DNA of 64,000 nt from Myxococcota bacterium (GTDB lineage Bacteria > Myxococcota_A > Polyangia > Polyangiales > Houyiibacteriaceae): the NCBI GenBank assembly GCA_039030515.1, contig JBCCEA010000015.1:29825-93824 (forward strand), in the 5' to 3' direction. A model generated the notes under the pieces. It did no database searches and had not been told where the DNA came from. It was given only the letters and a program-made list of their open reading frames with translations. Shown here piece by piece: positions 58,272 through 64,000 of this stretch. Position numbers and translations under genes: made by a program. The stretch's first letter is position 1. Each line of letters begins with the position of its first letter.

Positions 58272-59255
58272 CTAGGTGTAGTTTCGAACGACAACTTCCA
58301 AAACTCGCCCGCGGCCGCGCCCCTTGCAGTTCACCGCTCTAGGAGCCGCGATCTTGTCGATTGAAAAACCGTCGTAAAGCTCCTGAATGAACGGCACATC
58401 GCTGTTCGAAAGCATCAATTTGCAGCCTCGACGATCGAGCGCGACAAATACATCCCGCAACCGTATCTGGTCCTCCCTTGAGAACCCATCGGATGCATAA
58501 CTCGTGAAGCTCGCTGTTCTGGACACGGGCTCATAGGGAGGATCGAAGTAGACAAAGTCACCTGGCTTGGCGGTTTCAAGCAAACCCTCAAAACTGGCCT
58601 GCTCGATACCAACCCCTTGAAGAACGAGGCTTGCCGCGCGCAAACGTGCTGCGTCAACGATTTTCGGATTTTTATAGCGACCGGCGGGCACATTGAACTC
58701 ACCTTTTTTATTCACTCGGTGCAGCCCATTGAAACACGTTTTGTTCAGGTAGATAAAACGCGCGGCCTGCATTGAAGAAAAAGCGTGACGGGATGAGTTA
58801 TAATCTGTTCGAATTCCGTAATACGCTTCTTTGCAATGACCGAGCGAAATTTCGCTTAGGGCGTCGATGACGGACTCGACTTCGGTTTGGATCGCACGGT
58901 ACGTAGAGACCAAAGCCTCATTCACATCCGACAAAAGGGCGCGACCGGGACACCGGTGAAAGAACAGCGCTCCTCCACCGACAAAGGGCTCCACGTGACG
59001 CATGCGCCCGGCGCCCGTCGGCAACAGCGGAATGAGCTGCGCGAGGACCCTTCCTTTACCTCCAACCCACTTGAGGAACGGACTCGGCAACACTGCCGGG
59101 GACGAGCACCCGCTTTGCCGGCTATCCCTCGGAAAGGATAGAACTTTTCCTTTGTCGATCCTCGCACCGCTAGACCCCCCTTCGGTGGCGACGAACACCT
59201 CATTTCTATCCGATAGCGATCTGGTATGCACAGGTCGGATATATACGACATGCAA
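58272..59255 (-). CDS. dam: Dam-family (D12 class) N6-adenine DNA methyltransferase, orphan
   Basis: PFLKWVGGK, EPFVGGGA, LNKTCFNGL..FNVP, DPPY, LSNS; no restriction nuclease gene adjacent; start uncertain. Confidence 0.9.
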   Translation of the reverse strand: MHVVYIRPVHTRSLSDRNEVFVATEGGSSGARIDKGKVLSFPRDSRQSGCSSPAVLPSPFLKWVGGKGRVLAQLIPLLPTGAGRMRHVEPFVGGGALFFHRCPGRALLSDVNEALVSTYRAIQTEVESVIDALSEISLGHCKEAYYGIRTDYNSSRHAFSSMQAARFIYLNKTCFNGLHRVNKKGEFNVPAGRYKNPKIVDAARLRAASLVLQGVGIEQASFEGLLETAKPGDFVYFDPPYEPVSRTASFTSYASDGFSREDQIRLRDVFVALDRRGCKLMLSNSDVPFIQELYDGFSIDKIAAPRAVNCKGRGRGRVLEVVVRNYT

Positions 59256-59333
59256 CCACCTCCAAAAAAAAGAGCAAACGCAGATCGCCTACGCTTTGTG
59301 GACTCTATCCATGCCTATGAGGCTAGGTTTCGT

Positions 59334-59361
59334 GCTGTGCTCACCCCTAGGTGAGCACAGC
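59334..59361. terminator. Perfect 12 bp hairpin downstream of mlaF
   Basis: GCTGTGCTCACC-CCTA-GGTGAGCACAGC; no trailing U-tract on the minus strand. Confidence 0.55.
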
Positions 59362-59402
59362 GAAGACCGATGAAAAAACAGGGGCGAAGGACGCCTCCGC
59401 GA

Positions 59403-60242
59403 TCACTTGCGAATAGCGTCGAGAGTCACTCCAGAAGCACTTAGAAAATCACGAGTTGCTGAGTTTGCACTCTGAATAAACTCTTCAGGAGTGCCTTCTG
59501 CCTCGATACGGCCAAAATAAAGATAGGTAATGAAATCAGCGATACGAAATACCGAGGCCATGTCGTGACTGATGACTATCGAGGTCACCCCAAAACGCTC
59601 CTGAGCCTCCACGATCAGGTCGTCCACCGTGCGCGAGGTGATCGGATCGAGCCCGGTCGTGGGTTCGTCGTAGATGAGGATGGAAGTCTCAAGCACGAGG
59701 GCTCGAGCCACTGCGACTCTTTTCTGCATACCACCGGAAAGTTCTGACGGCATTTTTGCATGGGCACGGGCCACCCCAAGGCTGTCGAGACGGTCCATGA
59801 CGCGCTCTCGAATCTGAGGCTTTGTGAGCTTTGTATGTTCTCTCAGAGGAAACGCAACATTATCGAATACCGACATAGAGTCGAATAGTGCGGACATCTG
59901 AAAGACCATGCCAAAACGGCGCCTGAGCTTGGTGAGATCCGCACCTCGCACGGATACGATATCCTGTCCATCCAGCCGAATCTCACCTTGATCTGGTCGC
60001 TCGAGTCGGATCAGCTGTCGCATGAGTACCGTCTTGCCGGAACCAGAGGGCCCGATGATCATATTCGTTTTGTTACGGTGAATGTCAAAAGACATTCCTT
60101 TTAGGACATGATGTGTGCCGTAAGTCTTGTGCACATCCCTTACCATCATATGTATAGGATCGTGAATATGGGTACGAGCCGCCTCTTCGAAAGGGTCTTT
60201 AGCTGGACTAAATAAAGTCATAGACAACGCTCTGAGTGGCAA
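59403..60242 (-). CDS. mlaF: MlaF-like ABC transporter ATP-binding protein
   Basis: GPSGSGKT, FQMSALFDSM, LSGGMQKR, YDEPTTGLDP, SHD. Confidence 0.88.
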   Translation of the reverse strand: MPLRALSMTLFSPAKDPFEEAARTHIHDPIHMMVRDVHKTYGTHHVLKGMSFDIHRNKTNMIIGPSGSGKTVLMRQLIRLERPDQGEIRLDGQDIVSVRGADLTKLRRRFGMVFQMSALFDSMSVFDNVAFPLREHTKLTKPQIRERVMDRLDSLGVARAHAKMPSELSGGMQKRVAVARALVLETSILIYDEPTTGLDPITSRTVDDLIVEAQERFGVTSIVISHDMASVFRIADFITYLYFGRIEAEGTPEEFIQSANSATRDFLSASGVTLDAIRK

Positions 60243-60253
60243 TCAGGTCAGCC

Positions 60254-61204
60254 TCAAAATAACCCCTGGCCGATCAGGATACTCGTAATGAAGTAGTCGA
60301 GGGCCAAGATCGCGATCGCGTTGTGAACAACGGAGCGGTTTGTAGCCCGACCCACACCCGCAGCACCACCCGAAGCGAAAAAGCCGTGACGACAAGCGAC
60401 CAGGCACACGGTAAATCCAAACACCGTAGATTTTGTCAATCCGTGGAGTACGTCCTCCCAATCGACCAGCCACGCCATTCGATCGAGAAATATTCCTTGA
60501 TCGATACCCATGAGACGCACTGCGACAAACCAGGCTCCGCACATACCCACGATGTTGAAGAGCATCGTCAACAGCGGAACCATGCTCACACCGGCGAGCA
60601 GCCGCGGCACGACCAGGTACTGTACGGGACTGACCGCCATCGTCTCGAGGGCATCGATTTGACTGGTGACCCGCATACTGCCGAGTTCGGTCGTGATGGC
60701 GCTGCCGGCGCGGCTCGATACCATTAACGCCGAAAAGACCGGCCCGATTTCCCGAGACATCCCGAGGCCTACGACGGCGCCGGTTTGATTCTCTGCCCCA
60801 AACTCTCGGAACCCATCGACGAGCTGCAGTCCCAGCACCATCCCGGTAAAGAGCCCGGTGAGAGCGACGATAAAGATCGATCCCACCCCGACAAACTCCG
60901 CAGCAGCAAAAAAAAGACGGTAGCGATAAGGAGGACGAATACCCCAATAGAAGGACTCGAACACCAGCTTGGAGAGCACACCCAGCTCTGAAAGTGGTGT
61001 CGTTGCCCAAATAAGAAGGGCCTCGGTGAGCTTGCGCCAAAACGGCATTGGCTCAGCTCCCTCGAGCGTGTCTCGGTCGGCATCTTTTGGTGGCGCTGTC
61101 TTCGCCTGTGATTCCACGTTGACTGCATACCACGATGCCGAATCGATGGCAGCGGGCGAGGCTACAGGTACACTCGAGGAACGCGACGGGATATGTTGGT
61201 CCAC
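60254..61204 (-). CDS. mlaE: MlaE-like ABC transporter permease
   Basis: REIGPV, RAGSAITTELGSMRVTSQIDALETM, GVGRAT; true start likely downstream of the alr stop. Confidence 0.9.
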   Translation of the reverse strand: MDQHIPSRSSSVPVASPAAIDSASWYAVNVESQAKTAPPKDADRDTLEGAEPMPFWRKLTEALLIWATTPLSELGVLSKLVFESFYWGIRPPYRYRLFFAAAEFVGVGSIFIVALTGLFTGMVLGLQLVDGFREFGAENQTGAVVGLGMSREIGPVFSALMVSSRAGSAITTELGSMRVTSQIDALETMAVSPVQYLVVPRLLAGVSMVPLLTMLFNIVGMCGAWFVAVRLMGIDQGIFLDRMAWLVDWEDVLHGLTKSTVFGFTVCLVACRHGFFASGGAAGVGRATNRSVVHNAIAILALDYFITSILIGQGLF

Positions 61205-62418
61205 ACTTCATAGGGCAGCGTTTGACCAGACGCCGCGAGCGAATCCACCGACAGAGTCTCTTCTCCCTGCGCGCCAAGAAGTACCGCCTCATCACCGACC
61301 TCAACCGGCCCTGCATCCGTGACGTCGACACTGAGTAAGTCCATCGAGACATTGCCTGCGACCGGACAGTGCCGACCACCGATAAGAACGCTACCTCGGT
61401 TCGATTGAGAACGCAGATATCCGTCGCCATATCCGACCGGCAGAGTCGCAATTCGACTGCGACGCGTGACGGTGTAGGTTCCTCCGTAGCCCACTGTCGA
61501 CCCTGCAGGGAGTTCACGGAGTGCGATCACGCGGCTAACCCAGCGCATCGCCAGCCGAAGGTCCGGCGCGACTTTCGACGTGCCCGAATGGCCGAAAAGA
61601 GCGGTCCCGGATCGCACCACGGAACCATGGGCCTCGGGAAAACGAAACGTGGCCGCGCTGTTGGCTGCGTGGACGATCCTGGGACGTATCCCGGCAGAGA
61701 GGAGTTGAGAACGCACCTCATGGAACCGCTTCAGCTGCACAAGAGTGGCTTCTTCATCGGTATCTGCAGACGCGAAGTGGGTCATTATCCCATCGATCCG
61801 GCACCGAGGAAATCTGCGCAAACCCTCGAGAAACTGAGGCAGGTCGCTAGGAAGAATCCCGAGACGCGACATCCCAGTATCGATTTTGAGATGTACATCG
61901 AATACCTCGGGGCTTGTTCGATGAAAGGCATCGATGTCGTCAAGATCGTAAACGACCGGAGTTAAGCCAGCAGTGAGTACTTCCGCATGCGCGTCTCCAT
62001 AGACTCCATTAAGCACAAGTACCTTTGCATCCACACCGGCATCCCGAAGCTCCAAGCCTTCTTCAGCCAAGGCTACCCCGAAACCGAAGATGTTCTCCCG
62101 CTGAAGCCTGCGCGCGACGGAAACCATCCCATGACCATACGCGTCGGCTTTGACCACAACGAGCACCTTCGTTTCGTCTCCGATCGCATGCTGGATTGCA
62201 CGGAGGTTATGCTTGATCGCGTCGAAGTCGACGATGATGCGGGTCGGTCGCAAGGCATCAGATGCCGGCTGCACCCTGGGCCAGCGGCCCTCGCAAGACC
62301 GTACATGGATTTCAGCCTCAGTCTCTTGAACGCTTCCCGAGTCAAATGTATCGGCGGAGGACCGCCCATCAGAAATACTCTCGGGAGGATACGCAGCTCG
62401 TTCTGAATGAGATGACAT
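61162..62418 (-). CDS. alr: Alanine racemase
   Basis: VVKADAYGHG, HLKIDTGMSRLG, MTHFASAD, HAANS, VGYGDG, SMD, RVPRVY. Confidence 0.95.
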   Translation of the reverse strand: MSSHSERAAYPPESISDGRSSADTFDSGSVQETEAEIHVRSCEGRWPRVQPASDALRPTRIIVDFDAIKHNLRAIQHAIGDETKVLVVVKADAYGHGMVSVARRLQRENIFGFGVALAEEGLELRDAGVDAKVLVLNGVYGDAHAEVLTAGLTPVVYDLDDIDAFHRTSPEVFDVHLKIDTGMSRLGILPSDLPQFLEGLRRFPRCRIDGIMTHFASADTDEEATLVQLKRFHEVRSQLLSAGIRPRIVHAANSAATFRFPEAHGSVVRSGTALFGHSGTSKVAPDLRLAMRWVSRVIALRELPAGSTVGYGGTYTVTRRSRIATLPVGYGDGYLRSQSNRGSVLIGGRHCPVAGNVSMDLLSVDVTDAGPVEVGDEAVLLGAQGEETLSVDSLAASGQTLPYEVWTNISRRVPRVYL

Positions 62419-62430
62419 CGAAAAACTATA

Positions 62431-63381
62431 TTGCCTCTAAGCGAGAAATCTAGCGCACCACTCGACGTTGCGAATAAACCGCTTCATCGTAGCGCCATGC
62501 CGGTATCGGAGTTGAGTTCCTCGAAACCGGGGCAGAAAAAGCCGTCCGAACGGTTCGGCTCAAAAAGCCTCTGGACCTGGGGCGCCGCCACGCTGAGCGC
62601 GTTTGCATTGCTGTTTGCAGCTTTGCAGGTCGGAGTCGGCAGCTCTGAGACAGGGACTCAGCAACTGGTCGTGCACGTGCTCGCAACTTACCCCCACGAC
62701 CGAGGTGCTTGGACCCAGGGACTTCTTTGGCATCAGAATAAACTCTACGAGTCGACCGGAATGGAGGGACAATCAAGCCTGAGAGCGGTGGACCTCCAAA
62801 GCGGAGAGGTTTTGAACCATATGGCGCTGGAGCCGAGTATTTTTGCCGAAGGCCTCGCGCTTGTCGGTAGGCGTTTGATCCAGCTCACTTGGAAAAACCA
62901 AAAGGCCTTTGTGTGGAAGTTAGGGAGCTTCGAGCCGCTGGGACAATTCAACTATTACGGGCAGGGTTGGGGTCTCTGCTTTGATGGGCGGTCTCTGGTC
63001 ATGAGCGATGGTTCAGAGATGCTCACCTTCCGCAATCCGGAAACCTTCGATATCGTCAGCACGGTTCGCGTGCTGGATGAAGGACGACCTGTCCGTCGAC
63101 TCAACGAGCTAGAATGCGTTGACGAGTTCATCTACGCCAACATCTGGACGTCGGATACGATCGTACGCATCGATTCGTCTTCAGGCGTTGTCAACGCTAG
63201 GATCGACGCATCCGGATTGCTCAGTCCACGCGAACGATCCCAAGCTGATGTGCTCAATGGCATCGCCTATCTCGAAAACCGACAGCGCTTTCTTCTTACC
63301 GGGAAGTACTGGCCCAAAATGTTCGAGGTCGAATTTATGCCCAGACCGGAACCTTTGCCTGCAACTCGATCAGACCGATAG
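62431..63381 (+). CDS. Glutaminyl-peptide cyclotransferase (beta-propeller type glutaminyl cyclase), N-terminally anchored
   Basis: YPHD..TQGL, LYESTG, FAEGL, QLTW, GWGL, SDGS, LNELE, YANIW, LNGIAY, TGKYWP. Confidence 0.92.
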   Translation: MPLSEKSSAPLDVANKPLHRSAMPVSELSSSKPGQKKPSERFGSKSLWTWGAATLSAFALLFAALQVGVGSSETGTQQLVVHVLATYPHDRGAWTQGLLWHQNKLYESTGMEGQSSLRAVDLQSGEVLNHMALEPSIFAEGLALVGRRLIQLTWKNQKAFVWKLGSFEPLGQFNYYGQGWGLCFDGRSLVMSDGSEMLTFRNPETFDIVSTVRVLDEGRPVRRLNELECVDEFIYANIWTSDTIVRIDSSSGVVNARIDASGLLSPRERSQADVLNGIAYLENRQRFLLTGKYWPKMFEVEFMPRPEPLPATRSDR

Positions 63382-63399
63382 GTCATTCATGTTCGCTGA

Positions 63400-64000
63400 G
63401 TCCAGGTACGCGACACCCACATCAGGTGCGGGTCCTCGCGTGCGCCGGAACCGGGTACGGTGTTTACGCCCGCCAGAACCTGACCGGGTACGCGACACCA
63501 GAACCTGACCGGGTACGCGACAGCCACCTGATCGCCAGAACCTGACTAGGTGCGCGACGAGTTCTTAACTGAACGGGTACGGTGCTCACGCCCGCCAGAA
63601 CCTGACCGGGTACGCCTCAAAACCTGACCGGGTACGGTTCTCACGCCCGCCAGAACCTGACTAGGTACGTGACAGCCACCTGATCGCCAGAACCTGAGCA
63701 GGTGCGCGACGAGTTCTTAACTAAACGGGTACGCCTCAAAACCTGACCGGGTACGGTTCTCACCAGAACCTGACCAGGTACGCGACAGCCACCTGATCAC
63801 CAGAACCTGACCAGGTACGCGACAGCCACCTGATCGCCAGAACCTGACCGGGTACGCGTTACGCAGAACCTGACCGGGTACGGTTCTCACGCCCGCCAGA
63901 ACCTGACCGGGTACGGTTCTCACGCCCGCCAGAACCTGACTAGGTACGTGACAGCCACCTGATCGCCAGAACCTGAGCAGGTGCGCGACGAGTTCTTAAC
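63400..64000. repeat. Modular interspersed repeat array (continues past the window edge)
   Basis: About 18 copies of a ~20 bp core CCAGAACCTGACCGGGTACG, separated by a few re-used linkers of 2-17 bp. Confidence 0.95.

Noticed and set aside
63717..63923. 68 aa minus-strand ORF (RTVPGQVL repeats)
   Set aside because: A by-product of the array; most unit lengths are not multiples of three.
63400..64000. CRISPR array
   Set aside because: Linkers are 2-17 bp and re-used rather than unique ~30-40 bp spacers; the repeat is short and variable; no cas genes in the window.

Overview
A 64 kb window of core chromosome, visibly GC-rich and almost fully coding. Gene content points to Myxococcota, probably Polyangia-like (inference from the MglA-family GTPase, Ser/Thr kinase-TPR/PEGA module, VWA lipoproteins, CxxxY-type CcmE and split atp operon). 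In order it carries: the start of the dcw cluster (mraZ-rsmH-ftsL-ftsI) with an MraZ-box array; an MglA-family GTPase coupled to a PocR-sensor histidine kinase; thiL; a kinase/TPR-PEGA/lipoprotein module; pyrR-pyrB plus an alpha/beta hydrolase; ccmE; the Fo half of atp; hemL; a full moxR-DUF58-batABCDE operon; PPIase and surA; a DUF4178 / GGK-tail peptide / DUF350 / membrane spermidine synthase / flavin oxidoreductase / His-motif membrane protein locus; mfd; two tandem integrin-beta-like VWA lipoproteins; gor; a REC-cyclase; dusB; mrfA-mrfB; a FolB-cupin fusion; an orphan Dam-family methylase; mlaEF; alr; and a glutaminyl cyclase. I recognised no rRNA, tRNA, transposase, integrase, phage gene or CRISPR-cas. 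The main unexplained structure is a modular non-coding array at 63.4-64.0 kb built on an ACC-N6-GGT palindromic core. A close relative of that core recurs inverted at 43.7-43.9 kb. Several unrelated 17-21 bp tandem duplications also sit in intergenic gaps. All product calls come from motif recognition by eye, not database searches, and many start codons are best guesses.
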